A stretch of DNA of 55,894 nucleotides from Octopus bimaculoides (GCF_001194135.2 NC_068986.1:8034256-8090149), one strand, 5' to 3'; shown: positions 23,656-38,020, numbered from the stretch's first letter. Notes: a model not told the origin generated them from the sequence alone. A program made the numbers and translations.

Positions 23656-25159
23656 ATAACAACATCTGAAGGTCTGATCGATACAGTGATAAATGTTTAA
23701 ATCTGTTAAGCGGGATTCAGGGGATTAAACATTACTCACAGGGAATAATCCGCAGAATTACTGTCTTTTAAAAAGACAGAGTTTGAAGTCTGAAAATCTA
23801 GAATCACAATGGTGGAGTATTGATGGATGGAAGATTTAATTATTCTCTTTATTATTTGAAGCATAAGCGATGATTTGCCATGTGATTAAAACAATCATTG
23901 GAATATAGCTTCTTCTTCTTTCTGCTTCTAAATCCTCCTCCACTTTTTCATCTTTTTCTCCTTTATTGTCTCGATTTTCGTCTTCGTAATTCTCTCTCCT
24001 TCTGATCTTCTGCAATACGCTGTAATCAAAATCCAACACTTTTTTTCCTTAGCAGTAGGAAAATACTTTCATCTTGTACAACATGCCGTGGATCTAAAGA
24101 GTTTTATGTATATCTTTTATCTTCGGAACTTTTCCTTGACTTCCATGGATGAATAGTCTCAGAGAGGGTTTTATAACTTCAGAAGAGAGCAAAACATTTG
24201 ATCTTCTAATGTGTCACTGCAGCAATAAGAAACAATTCCTATTTGTTATATTTACGCTAATCTGATGTTTCATATACAGTTTTATTTTGTGTTTCTCATA
24301 AGGGATGAAGGAAAAATGGTGAATCAAATATTCTAGATAGACTCCATTCGTTTCGTATCGACTGTGAATGTTCAACTCCAAAATATAAAGTAAACGAGAA
24401 ACTACAAACAACTTAATCAATTTGACTTTCACTGCAAAGCTGATGAAATTACTTTGCCAACTGGCTTTTATTCTTCTCGTCGTAGATGAGGCAAATCCAG
24501 CTTTGACTTATTTTCGCTATTTTATCCGCCATCCGTGTATATATGTAGCAGGAATTTCAAGAAAGCGCAATCTGCGGTTACATTTTATCAAGGAAATAAT
24601 ATATTTGAAACATTATCACAATAGGATTTGGAATGTCACCACAAAGATCTTACGCGGATAAGGCGGCAGCAGTAATGCATTAAATTGAAGTTCTGAAAAT
24701 TTCTTCCTGAGCAAATTATGACAGAAAGGATAGAATAAATAATTTGCTAGTTCTTGGAAAGAAAACAAATATTATGCCGCAAAGCTGTCGAAACCAAAGA
24801 AAATACTATTAAAATACTGTAGTTTGCAAAGTAAATTAGAGGAATCTATGTGATTTCATTCCTCTGGCAAACGGTTACTTCATTTTATGAGTAGATGAAA
24901 GAAATTGTATGCAACTTCACACAGAAATAGTTTTATAAATATCTAAACGCAACTGAAATCTATTCGAAAGCAATGTTTAAAAGAGTAAATATTCTAGTTA
25001 CGACATATTATTTTGAATATAACACATCATATAACCATCATCATCATCAACATCATCATCATAATCATCGTCCATATCATCATAATCCATATTGTCACTA
25101 TCTCCAACAACAATTATAACCATTCACATACATATATATGTATTTATACGTGCATATAT

Positions 25160-25378
25160 GGGTAAAGGACGTAAAAAAACGTAAACAAAATGAAAATCGA
25201 AAACATAAAAAACAAAAACATGGAAAACGAACTTTTTTTCGAACAACGATAGAAACAAATAGGGAAATGAGATAGGCAACATAAAGAACAATCCTTTCAT
25301 CAGTTGTCCCCTGCGTTATCTACTCTGCGCTTCGAACGTTGGGACAAGACGCGACTTCGTTAAAACAGTCGTTCCCGG
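25160..25378 (-). mobile_element. Probable Penelope-like terminal fragment (third family)
   Basis: An A-rich tract is followed by TACTCTGCGCTTCGAACGTTGGGACAAGACGCGACTTCGTTAAAACAG, whose reverse complement has a decayed ..ACGAAG....CGAAGCGC PLE-end layout. Confidence 0.4.
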
Positions 25379-26399
25379 GCGCCGTCGTCGAGGTGCACGG
25401 CACCTCGAAGCATCGTTTGAAGGAGTAGCGATGGGTTCCGGCGTGTGAACGTAGTCAGAACGTTTGCTGTATCCCTGTTTGTTGTCCACGGCTTCGTAGT
25501 CTCCGCTGCAGCTGTCCACGTCATGTCTTACAACCTTTACAGTGTTCACAGAGCATTGAGCAGTAGTCATCATTTTGATACACCGGCGCGAATCATCCTG
25601 ATACGGGTAACTCTTTTCCAATATTCAAATGGTTTGCAGCTCAGCGTATCAGCTACCCTTTTCTCAACTACACCATTAATCTTTATGCTCGCCCACGACG
25701 TTAACAGTTCACTAATGTACCAAGCTGTTCCTGAGAAAAGAAGAAAAAAATTCGCCAAATGTAGTCGGAACATTCTGTATGGAATCTAACGTTGAGACAA
25801 TAACAAACATATTTCCTTAGCATGAGTTTTAAGTGTTTCAACCAAAACCGAAACTCCATTGTTGGAATCATTCATTCTCCTATTATACACGGCTTGTGTT
25901 AGTGAATATTTATTTATATTAACTATTTTAGCGAAACAATGATACATTCTGGAGGCTGTTTCATATCAGATTTTACCGGTATACGAGATAGCATATTAGT
26001 CGAAATAAGACATTCGAATCAAACGCGAAAATACAGCAATGACGGTACTCTACGTTATCAATGTTATCAACATGTCTCACCATTCAGCTAAAATATGATG
26101 CCTCTGCCATTTATTTATGTGACATACGTAATAAGTTTCAACACCATAATCACTAAAATACTTTCCATTTTTTAAACAGTAACGCAACGAAAATATAAAT
26201 GAAATCAGTAATAGCAATGAAAATATAAATGAAAACTTACAATCGTCAGATGAATACACGAGTTATAATCGGAATTACTAAATAAAAGCAGGCCGCTTAT
26301 ATAACAGCATTATCTCTCTTCCTGAATTACGACTACTAATTTCATATATATTTTAGTTGAAGTAACTTTCATATGAGTAATTAGCGAGCGCACAGCTAA

Positions 26400-26631
26400 A
26401 TATGTGTGTGTGCGTTTGTGCGCGCGCGTGTGTGTATAAATACAACTGTACATACACATACGCACTCTCACATACAGATACACACACAAAACACATACAT
26501 ACACACGCATACACACACATACAAACATGGATCTCTCCTGATAACCCCATAAAGTTGCTAGCATCCTATGCGGAGCTTTCAACTGGTAGCACTTGCCCCT
26601 GCAAGTTGTTTTGCAAAAAAAAAATGTATGT

Positions 26632-26673
<42 letters not shown>

Positions 26674-26706
26674 GTATATATATATATACATACATATTTA
26701 TATATG

Positions 26707-26764
<58 letters not shown>

Positions 26765-26820
26765 CATACATATATATATATATACACACACACACACGCG
26801 CACACACACATATACGTACG

Positions 26821-26852
<32 letters not shown>
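26400..26852. repeat. Compound (TG)/(CA)/(TA)/(TACA)n microsatellite block
   Basis: Directly visible. About 100 bp of unique sequence is embedded near 26525-26625. Confidence 0.9.
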
Positions 26853-29800
26853 AACAATATTGACCACACGTACTGAAAGCACAAAATCGGTATGTTTGCC
26901 GGCAGGCTCCGGACATGCGTGGTGGAGTTTATTCCGTCGAAGCGCTTCTATTTCCCATTTCAGTTTATAGGAAATTTTTTCTTTGCGATTTATTAAAATG
27001 TTGTTAGTAATACTTTAAAATAATTAGTTGTCACACCTTGTATTCTAGTAATGGTAAGTATTTGCAAGAATCGGTGTAGAAATTTTGTCTTAAATTTTAT
27101 TGAATCAATGTGGTTATACTGATTAGAATATGCATTCATTGTTAGACGCTTTTCGTGATGGTGGTAAAATATCTTTTTACTGGTGGAAAAAAGTAAAAAC
27201 ATTGCATTTCAGCGATGAACGTATTAAGACATCTCAGGCAGCGAATGTAATTCTAGTGACAATCTATTATACTACGTTAAAATTTTGCACTATTGAACTT
27301 TCACAGAAATCAGTCAGTGAATTTAACCCCAATTTTCTGTTTAGGTTGGCATTGCTGATTGGAAGTTAGAGGTGATAATCTATTCAATCTTCAACTTTTA
27401 TGGAGGTTTTGGAAAAGAAACTAGTAAATCTAATTTATTAATATTGGAACGACGAAGTAAATTTCCTCACTTCACCTCAGTTGCCTGGATCAGATACGAA
27501 ATCTACATCATTTAATCATATTGGAAAGTAAGCTAAGTAGTCAAAAATTACACTTGTACTGGGATTGTTTCAAATTAAGTGAATTATATAATCAGTTTGA
27601 AATGTTATCACAAGAACAAAATACAGACTAGAACACTGATAAAAATAGCAAATACGAGTATTACTGATGTGTTGAGATGTGAGTGTTGACGAATGTCACT
27701 GTTCAGAATCGCTGATGTTGTGTTATGTTAATGATCAAAAGAGATTTTTTTAAATCATTAAATCAATAAGTCAAACAATGAATTGCTAAATTATATAGTA
27801 TAATGTTCACCAGAGTAATTCACAAGTATTTCGTTCGTTAAATGGAAACTGGAACTCATTTAAAAGAAGTTACGATAAGTGAAAGTATATCAAGTATTTT
27901 AACTTCCGTTGCCCATCTAGTTGAGCGTAAAACGTATAAAGTAGCAGAGAAAGTGTTTGAAATATACAGAAATACTACACACACTACAGTCAAGAAACAG
28001 AAAATGAATATTTATTTCGAGAATATGATAAAATACTTAAGACTGGTATATGTTAGAATAACAAAATTTTGTTATCTTAATATCTGTAGATGTAACGAAA
28101 ATCCTCCTCGACTAATCAAAATGTTAATGACGTGAAATATCACAAATAGATACAACCGATCGACCATCTGTTACTTGTAATGTAGAATGTGTGCAATAGA
28201 TCTCAAAGTGTTAAAAAGGATTGTGATCTGGCGTACTTCACGTCTACTCAAATATGTGTGTGGGGTGCGCGTGTGTGTGTGTGTGTATGTGTGTGCGTGT
28301 GTGTATGGACACAACCCAGTGTTTTTACCAAGAATCATTATGCCTTCTCTTCGCTGCGTACCTTTACGAAAGCCTAGAATACCCCTGCCGATTTTATCAA
28401 GTAAACATTTGGCAAAGCTGAAACTACGTCCTAACGCTTAAAGGTTAAGTGGCCTTACTCAACCAAGACGTCAAGCACCATTTCTGTACCTCCATAGACA
28501 TGGACGATAGTGACTTATACCTCTGGGAGATAGGAGAAGACCGGCAGAATCTATAGAACTGCAGATGTTTTCACAAACATTTCCCTTGAACCATAAGAAT
28601 TTCTTGAGGTTAGTACATCTGAAATGAAAAGGATCAAAGTAAGTTAACCATGTAATGCTATCCTCATGACGCAGCCGAAAATGTTCCGTGATGCGTTCGA
28701 ATCTCAATGAAAAAAATACAATTAGCTCATCTTTCAATCCCTCGGAAGAGGAGTTCACGAGGCAAGGTAAACCTATCAAAATCTAGTTGAGGATTGTGTA
28801 ACCGGGCTGGGTAAAGGCCTCGTGTTTTCGGATGTGCCATGTGAAATACGTGGCGCGATTTAAGACTAAACCTATCATTTAATTATTCTCCAAATTCGAA
28901 CTTTAATGCTTTTCAAGCAGCATATTATTTCTGTTCGTTTAACTCGGGTGTTTAGCAGCTGATTTAAACTGCGCTGAATTCTGTTGAGTTTTTTTTTTTA
29001 GTGTGAATAATTTAACGTAGGCCCTGACACGTTATATTCATTTTTTGGATCTTCTTACCCAATGAGTTTCCCATTGTCACAAACGGATGGTATAGCAGTA
29101 GCACAGATATGCTAGGTTCTGTACTGAAGAAGCAGCTTGAAGCTCTACAGTTTCATCGGCTTCTGGTGCCTAAAGGAAGGGGGATAACACGTGCATCCCA
29201 ACGTCCTGTGTCTATTCTTGGAGTAACGACAGTTAATTTCCTGCAAACATTTGTGACATATTGCTCTTGCTACCCCTATCACCCTTCATTTTCTTTCCTT
29301 CTCTACTTTTCTTCCTTTTCTAGGTAAAAACCTCATGTATTTCTGGCTTTCACACATGTAGCTAATGGATTTATGCTCTACCCCATCAGTTTTATTTACA
29401 CTTTACGCCACCACCATAAATTGCCCACAATTGCAGGGCAGCTTTATAGCCTCCGGGTATAACTTCAACGTGCAAGTTCACACAGACCTCTATTTTTTAA
29501 CTGATATTGTCAAGACTTCTAAAAGTTTTTGCATTTGATTGTTTTAATTATCTGTATCAGAACAAATTTGTTTGACATCTAATTAACGCCATACCATCTA
29601 TTACGTGACATGATTTCAAAGAGAAAGAATTTCTTCTTTTATGCATCGTTTATTTTCATACGAAATAGAATTCGTACATGGCTTTCCCTTAAGGGAGAAT
29701 TTGATGTGGAGAAATTGATGGATCATTTTTAATTATAGTCCATTCATCTGGGCCATTTTATTTATAGGACAGCTTGTTCTTATGGTTCTTTGACATGTTT

Positions 29801-32800
29801 TACATTAACGGTAGCAACCTTAGGCTTTGCACGGAATTGTAATTTGTCCCTATTGTATTAATATGTCTTTGTTTACACAAGAATTATAAGCATAACTTCT
29901 GTTCAATCTTTTCATTGTTATAAAATGTCTACCGACATTTTATATAATCAATGTTTGTACCGCAATTATTGCTAATAATACCTTGCTTTTGTAGTAGACG
30001 CACTATTTTGTTTACGCTTTCCTTCTTTGTCTGTGATGTTTTTGTCATCTTATAGTTTGGTTGGGAAATGGTTGTCCTGTCAAAACGCAGAAGTGAATAT
30101 TCATAAGAATTTCATTTATAAATTTAAATAATCAGATGCTGGATACAATAGACTAACTCTGATGATATATTTTCAATATCAAGAGAAACCTATAATTGAA
30201 ACAGCACACTATTGTGTTCGTCTCCATTTTATAACAAATCAGTCATTATACTAAAAAAGTTTTCCCGGTGTATTTAAAAATTTTCTTCAATTTAGTCAAT
30301 ATACTCGTACTAAATATTAATGTTACAAGCATAAATAAGATAGATGCTGCTTTCAGTTACCGTCTCTTAGTCTACTGATATTTACGAAAACAAGAAATAA
30401 AACACCAAAAATATGAAAATAATTGCAGAATTATTATTGTAGTTTTTAATATTTATATCTGAATATTTCTTGAATATAACTTTCAGTTTAAATTAAGAAG
30501 TAAATTTTTTGTGATTTCACAAATTCGCTACCGTCTTAGAATAATACTCCGTCACGATTTTGTTAAAAGTATATATCACCTTTTTCAATTGAAACTCATA
30601 CCTTACACCACTTAAACATTTGTTTGTCTGTTTTTTTTTTATTTTAGAATATTTAATAATATCTAAAAACATCTGAAAATACGCTGCTGGATTAGTAAAA
30701 TTAATATCTATTTCATTTTCGGATTAAAAAATATTTCAAACATTTCAAAATTGCCAACATTTAATAAAATATAATGTATATATTAAAGTATTGCTTATAC
30801 ATTTACCAAGATCACCAACCAGACTTATACAGATGCAAATAAGCAAGGAAACATACACACATATATACATTGTAAACATACACACACACATTGTATACTG
30901 TATCGAGAACGGTGTCCAACAGATAAGAAAGTTTAATATTAATTTCAATAACATTCAACAAAACATTGCTTGCGCTCATCGATCTTTGCGTTGTCTCGTG
31001 TGGTTCAGCCACCAAAACCTATATCACTTCTCTCGTCGATTCTATTCAAAGAGTTGTCTTCTACACAAAGATGTCACAATATTCGTTGTTTCCAATCCTC
31101 TTCTACACCATTAACTAAACTATTTTCTTTATTTTTGTTTCTCTGACACATTTGTATTTCGGATAATTGACTGCTTTTGATCTACTGTTCCAACAAAATA
31201 AACATTAATCCGAACACCATCAGTCTCTTAGCTATTTTACACTCGAGTCCAAAGAAAGCTATAGGTTCTGCTCATCTTTCTAAGACCACCAGGTAAAATA
31301 TGAAACACTGCTGAATTGTTTTGTTTGATCCACTATGCACAATTGTAAAACTAGTAACTTTCATAACGACTTTACTTCCATTCTCACTTCAATCATAAAA
31401 ACATTTTCCTAACGTCTATCTTGTTCGAAAGTATTCTAGTTTGAAAAAAGGAAAATGGTTCGTTTATTTGTTCTCGATCTGAGATCAGAATTTTATTTTT
31501 CGCAACTATTTTTAGAATATATTTAATGTAATTACTTTTATGTTAAAGCGATATTTGAAACTAAATATTGAAATGGCTCCTGGGAATGTCATTAAGCGGA
31601 AGGAAACATTTGTATTCTATATAATACTTCTCTTATAAATTGCACCTGTAGCATTGTTGATCTTCATATTAAATCATTTGAAATTCAAACGAAAAGAATC
31701 CGCACGAAGCAGCTAAAGATGAAATAAAAAAAAGCACTACAACAAATAATAAAAATATAATAGGAAAATAGAATTGCAAGAATGAAAGAAATTCATCAAA
31801 AAATTTTCTTGTCAGTTATATTGCTTTCCAAGTTTGACAGAAACTGCAATGAAACGTCGTTCATTGTTATTGAAATGCTTCCTTCAACTTTCTCTCATAG
31901 AAATAGCGCCTTTGCTATGAATTTTCCCTTAAATGGAACTTCATTTCAAGTGAAAAAAGCAATTTGCTTTTGAAACGCCCCAATATGCACATCAATATTA
32001 ATGTGACGTTTCGTTAAAATGTTTGTATTTCTATGCGTTTTGTGAATTCTTTAAAAGCTGAAGATGTTGAGTGGGAACAAGTAAATCTCTTCCAATTTAA
32101 AAGGAGCCAAATGGATTCTATTTCATCCGTAATGACTTGTTTAATAGTACAATAACGTCTCTGTCCCCGTTGAACATGTTTGTCACGATCGGTGCCTCTA
32201 ACTACTTGTCACATAATCTATGGAGCTCATTAGCCGTTACATGATAACTAAGACACACACAGAACTAATATTAAATGGATAATGATAGACTTCTCTAATT
32301 AATTATGGTAATTTCTGTTATTTTTGCATCTGTGCAAATATATACATTTGTAATTTTTTTCTAAATGGGGAGCTGGAATACATTTAAACGTTATTCCTGC
32401 ATATCATGATATCTTTCTCCGTTAAATCTCCACTTAGACACGCGATGACAACCAAGACCATCCTGAATATGTCTTAAATTCTATATTAAGACATTGGGTT
32501 ATTTGATTATGCAACAGAATCCACTTGAAAATATAATTTTATTGTATTTTATTTTCGTAAAATTTCCTTTAACTTTAAACTACGTCTGTGATCTAGGACT
32601 TATTCACAGATAATTTCATATTTGAAATGAATTATGTCTCCATTTCATCAAATATTTAAAGTATGTCTTATATGTTAATTCGAAATCTTTTCAATGAAAC
32701 TAGAATACATGACAAAGGTCACCAATAATCAGTAGTTTTGTATATCGATCTTTCATTGATTTATTGAGGTGTACATTGAATTCTCAGCGGTTTGCTGCTT

Positions 32801-33965
32801 ACCCCTTGGTCTGCCCTGTCCGAGCTCACACATGGACAATGGCGTTCCGAACATAACTTTTTCATCCTAATTCAGGCATAACATATTCAAGACTATATTT
32901 TATGTATCTTGACTGTTTCAAACAAGGTTTTGAGAGAGAGGTTTGGCTGCTATTTCTAGCTTGTTAAGTAACCGCAGAAAGCCCCTCCCCCGTAGTTGAC
33001 TAACCCATGAAATGCCTCTTCTTTTCCAATAAAATATATATTTGAAGAATCAGTTTTTTTTTTATATAACAAGATTCGCGAATAATCTTCTGCCTCAGAT
33101 CCTCTGATGGAAGGGTTTCAATATATGCTACTTTCACACACCCTTTCTTCCATCTACAATCCACCCAAGAGAAGGATTACGATGTGTGAATTTCTATGCA
33201 CACACTACGCATACCACTAAACACACACTGTACAATATACAAGCCGTGCATATAGTCACAGTGTGATTGCTATTGCATTCCACTTTCCTCACTACTTCTT
33301 ATCACAGATTTTTATACAAACCATCCGACCTCCACTTTAGACACTAAATGCGCATTACACTTCACTACTTGTAATGATCTTGATTCTCTGCAAAACAGCC
33401 TCAACCCTCTCTCTTTCACCGCATCTCTATCATGACATTCCCCATCGTTGCTTATGCACCAGTTCTGCTGTCTGTTAAAACTGTTTACCATCAAGCCATT
33501 GTTATACAACCTTAACAGCATTTTCCAACCTCATTTAACCTGTCCGTTCTCAACTCTCTCTCATTTTACTTAGCGTCTGAGTTGTTAAAAACTTTAAGCC
33601 TATCCACCATTCATCTCTCATTTTATGTTTTTCTCCTCATTGTTCATCTTCCACACGACTCACCATCTCCCGTGGTATTTTCTCTCCGTTTTCCTTTCAA
33701 CTTATCTCCGCTATTTTTGTCCACTGCATGAAACGATGTTATCTTTTCACTCGTCAATGAAAATCAACTCAGGAAACACTTTTATGAAATTTCCTATGGT
33801 CATGAATGTATATGGAGTGAGAACTTCCCTCCAAATTATGACAAGCATAATATCCAGTAAAAGATTATATTTTTGTTGGGAACGAAGTAGGGTCTTTCAC
33901 TTGATATGTTTCCAAATTATATCCATGTTGTAAGTTAAGTTTCAACTGAAAATCGATTCAGGGCA

Positions 33966-35243
33966 TCGAGAGACGGCTGACGAGTTCGCAGTCAGATCAA
34001 GCTACTTTCATAAAATGGTACCAAATGGGATTTATTTTTCAACACAGTCCTCCTTGCGGTCCACACACTTCTTTCATTGGTGTTGCAGTGCTTGGATCGT
34101 ATTGGGGAAGAAGCTTGTATCCTGTTTGTGAAAAAAGTTAACTGCAGATATGACATCATCATCACTGTTACACTGGTTCCACGCCAAGTGTATTTTCATG
34201 TTGGGGGACAGATGATGGGTCCAAATCAGGAGGATAAAGAGGGTAATCAAACAGCTCAACGACACAGCTATGCACAACAGCCATTGAAACGAAAGATTTG
34301 TATGCTGAAACGCGTTGCCCTGATGAAACAAGACACTTTTCGTCAGTTATTCTGGTTGTCTGGTCTTAATAGCCTTTTATAGCTGCCTCAGTATTTTGGC
34401 ATGGTACTCGCCATTGATGATATGGTTCTTTTGAAGACAGTCAATAAACACAATACCTTTTACATTCCAAAACCTGAGCCATCACGTTCCCTGCAGATGA
34501 AACGACGTTAGCCTTCTTTGGAGCAGGTGAGGAGCGGTATTTCCACGGCATAGATTGTCTCTTTGTCACTGGTTCAAAGTAATGAGCCCAACATTTATCC
34601 CTAGTAAAAAAACATTCAAGGTAACCAGCTGGGACTGCCTGAAAAAATTGTTAAATTTTCCCAAGATGTGATCGATTTGGTGCGCTTTTGATCAGGTGTC
34701 AGAAGACGTGGAACCCACCAAGCAGAAACCAACCTTCGCCTCGCCAAGTTCATTGTGCAGAATATTTACAACTCCCTCACAGGTTATTCTAACAGTATTT
34801 GATTTACTGTCAATCGCCAGTCATCCATCAGCATGGGGTGAACACGATCAACGTTTTGCTCGGTGGTGGAAATTGCAAGACGTCCAGACACTGAGGCATT
34901 TTCAAGATTGTCCATTCTCTTCCTAAATCCAGCTGCCCACTTTTACACTATTGATAGCACTGGGGCTCCATTCTCTAATGTAGCAACCATGTCAACATCT
35001 ACATCGTTGGAAGTTCAACCCTTTTTCTGTAGGTACCTGATAACACCACGATGCCAAGTTTTATTCCTTTTCAAGAGAATTCGCTATTTATTATTTCTGA
35101 AGTCATTTTTGAACGGTCAGATGACAGTTTCCCCGGAGAGAAACGATGCAGTTAAGAAGAGATGAAATTAATGCACTTAAGATTTGAAAGTTCTACATCA
35201 CTCCTTTATAGTTAATCTATGAATTTTTCAGCCCACCTTTGAA
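33966..35243 (-). mobile_element. Near full-length degenerate mariner transposon (same family as 1899-2776)
   Basis: N-terminus KTWHRGVIRYLQKKG...DMVATL...KWAAGF; C-terminus FHQGNA..., HPLYPPDLDPS, NMKIHLA....SDDDVISAV...IQALQHQ*KKCVDRKEDCVEK* (stop at 34032-34034). Decayed TIR-like ends lie at about 33966-33995 and 35205-35243. Confidence 0.9.
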
Positions 35244-37654
35244 TTGCGTACTTATTCTCATGTACTTTTCAGTGTAGCCATTCAATTAATTTGGAGTCAT
35301 ATTTTCCCCCATGAAAAAAATTTATCGTCTCATTTATATTTGAAAGAATTCAAGTGAAACACTCGTAATAACTTATCGTCTCCTACATAAGTTAAAATTG
35401 ATATTCATGTTTGCAGGAATTCAGTTCTCTATTTTAAGTGCAATTAAATGAATATCCAACTATTGAGACTCGTTTAAAATAGAAAATCAGAATTGCTTTA
35501 AACGTTATTTAGAAAGTAGACAAATCCTAAGTTTGTAGGTTATTTTATATTACTTTTATTTAGTGACAGGAAAAAGTGTTAAATTAAAATAACAACAAAA
35601 TGTATTCGACCAGCGTTGGCAGCTGCGTTGGAGGGTGACGTTTTGGCCGAAGGGTATACGAACATATCTCGTAATTGGCTCCTTGCAGTATTTTGGTTAA
35701 AACAATATTTCTCACCTTATTTCTTTAGAAAGCAACGCACTTATGAAAAATAGAGATAACACGACTCTTTATTGAAGCACTGAACAAACTAACAATTTGC
35801 AATACACAGATTGTTTCGTTCCACATAAATATTATGAAGACGGGAAGACTATATATTTACAGTTTCATATCACTGAGATTTCATATTGGAAACACATATC
35901 AATAAAGAGGGGCTGTAGAACAGTTTGTGAATAGGCTTGTTATTGGGACCAAATATTTCCGATGCCTTTTTCTCTAATTCTTCGTTTCGTTGGGTTATGA
36001 AATTTACGTAAATGTTTATTGGAAAACCTAAATCGTTATTTCATCAATGAACATCATATCTCTATATTTAGGAACAGTGAAATATGGTCACTGAAATATG
36101 GTTATGTTGCTTAACTGTTTTTGAATATTGGAAAAGATTTATCTATATTATTTTCCATTCAAATTTAATGCTACACTAAAAAACAATGAGGAATAATATC
36201 AACAATGTAGAATTGTGGAGCAATTTTGTGCTTCACTGTTTAGGAGTCAGTTGGTTCTCATCACACAATTTCCGACTATTCTTCTTCCTTTATCGCTTAG
36301 TTCTTTAATTCTTTCCGCCTTTGTTTCATGTACTGGCCTTTGGCAATATTTACATTTATTTATTTTCAAGCAAACTGCCTCTTCAGATTCATGCATAGTC
36401 TATAAGTTTTTACAAACTGATATTTATTTATATAAAATAACTTTATTATAATTAACATACTGGGTACGTAGAATAATTTCCGAATATCTTAATATCTATT
36501 TCGTTATATCGTACTAATAAGCGGTCATTGTTAAAATTCAAATTATATAGTATGATAAAAGGTATGAATGTTAAGACTGGGGTGTCTGTATAGTATATGT
36601 TTACACAATTAAGACGCTCAGTTCGTGTATCTATGGCTTTAATCCAGTTTGACAAAGCCTTGCACACGCCAGCTAATTCTCATCTGCTCTTTACATGCAC
36701 GAACGGCAGTAATTCGTGGGTTATAGGCGACAGATTTGTTACTCATGACTGATAAAGCGTAGCGACGAAAATACGTGCGTCCTACAATCCCTTGTTATAC
36801 TTCATAAGCCAGGTCGGTAGTTTATTACACGCATTTTCTGTAAGAAGAATTTCTCTTCTGAGAGTCATCATCTTTCTACATTTGACTCTACACGGACGTG
36901 TTAAATATAAATGTACACAGCGTTATTTCAATGATAATAATTATAACAATGATTTATATTTAAATTCTTGGTATCTGCACGCGTTTACAATTAACGTCAT
37001 TTTCCATAAACGTCATCATGTGAAAGCTTTACTGAAGTTAGATGTGGCAAGATTACTTTCATCAAATTTCTTGAAGCGCAGAGCCCACTGATTTATGGCC
37101 TGACCATTGTAACTGCCATTAAGAATCCATATGTAAGCATGCGCAGATACACACACACACACATACATGTATACATATATCTATATATTTATGCTTGAGT
37201 GTGTGTATATGAGTGTATATATATACATATATGTATGTATGTATGTATGTATGTATATATATAGNNNNNNNNNNNNNNNNNNNNNNNNNNNNNNNNNNNN
37301 NNNNNNNNNNNNNNNNNNNNNNNNNNNNNNNNNNNNNNNNNNNNNNNNNNNNNNNNNNNNNNNNNNNNNNNNNNNNNNNNNNNNNNNNNNNNNNNNNNNN
37401 NNNNNNNNNNNNNNNNNNNNNNNNNNNNNNNNNNNNNNNNNNNNNNNNNNTATATATATATATACATACATGTATACAGATACATCTATGTACATAACTC
37501 TATGAATCAATTAGCCTCCAATCATGACTAAATTAGACCGCTAGGCCCTAATATTTATCTTTATTGTCAAATATTTTCTTTCTTCACACACTTCCTTTTA
37601 TTTACTAATCCTCATTATTTAAACTGAGATAACTTCTACCAATGAGAATAGGTG

Positions 37655-37796
37655 TCTTAAGGAGCTGGCTTCCCAAGCACGGGTTCCGTTCCACTGAGTG
37701 CCACCTTGGCCGAATGTCTCCTGTTATAGCCTCGTGCCGACCAAAGTCTCGTGAGGGGATTTGGTAGACAGAAAGTAAAAGAAGCCCGTCGTATAA

Positions 37797-37836
<40 letters not shown>

Positions 37837-38020
37837 GTGTGTGTGTGTTTGTTCGCCCACTATTGTTTGACAACCGATGTTGGTGTGTATATGTTCCCGT
37901 AAATTAGCGGTACGACGCTAGGCTTACAAAGAATAAGTCTTGGGACTCATTTCTTTGACTAAACTCCTTTAAGTCGGTGCTCCAGCATGGCCGCAGACAA
38001 ATGACTGAGACGTGTAAAAT
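37655..38020 (+). mobile_element. Full-length SINE family A with internal (TG)n
   Basis: Head (GGGTTCCGTTCCACTGAGTGCCACCTTGG...TTTGGTAGACAGAAAGTAAAAGAAGCCCGTCG), central (TG)n at 37802-37847, and tail GGTGCTCCAGCATGGCCGCAG. Confidence 0.85.

Noticed and set aside
23836-24039. Acidic/basic 67-aa ORF
   Set aside because: It is a decayed purine-rich low-complexity tract.
28498-28608. Plus-strand 111-nt exon-like segment
   Set aside because: It has stops in all three frames.
25570-29110. TIR-domain or trypsin identity for the candidate exon peptide (AWYISEL; VCDNGKLIG)
   Set aside because: Key conserved residues (WC..E; GDSGGP) are absent, so the matches are probably coincidental.
33310-33760. 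Possible minus-strand RTE remnant next to the mariner
   Set aside because: Only a vague resemblance (RGLRL); no motif could be confirmed.
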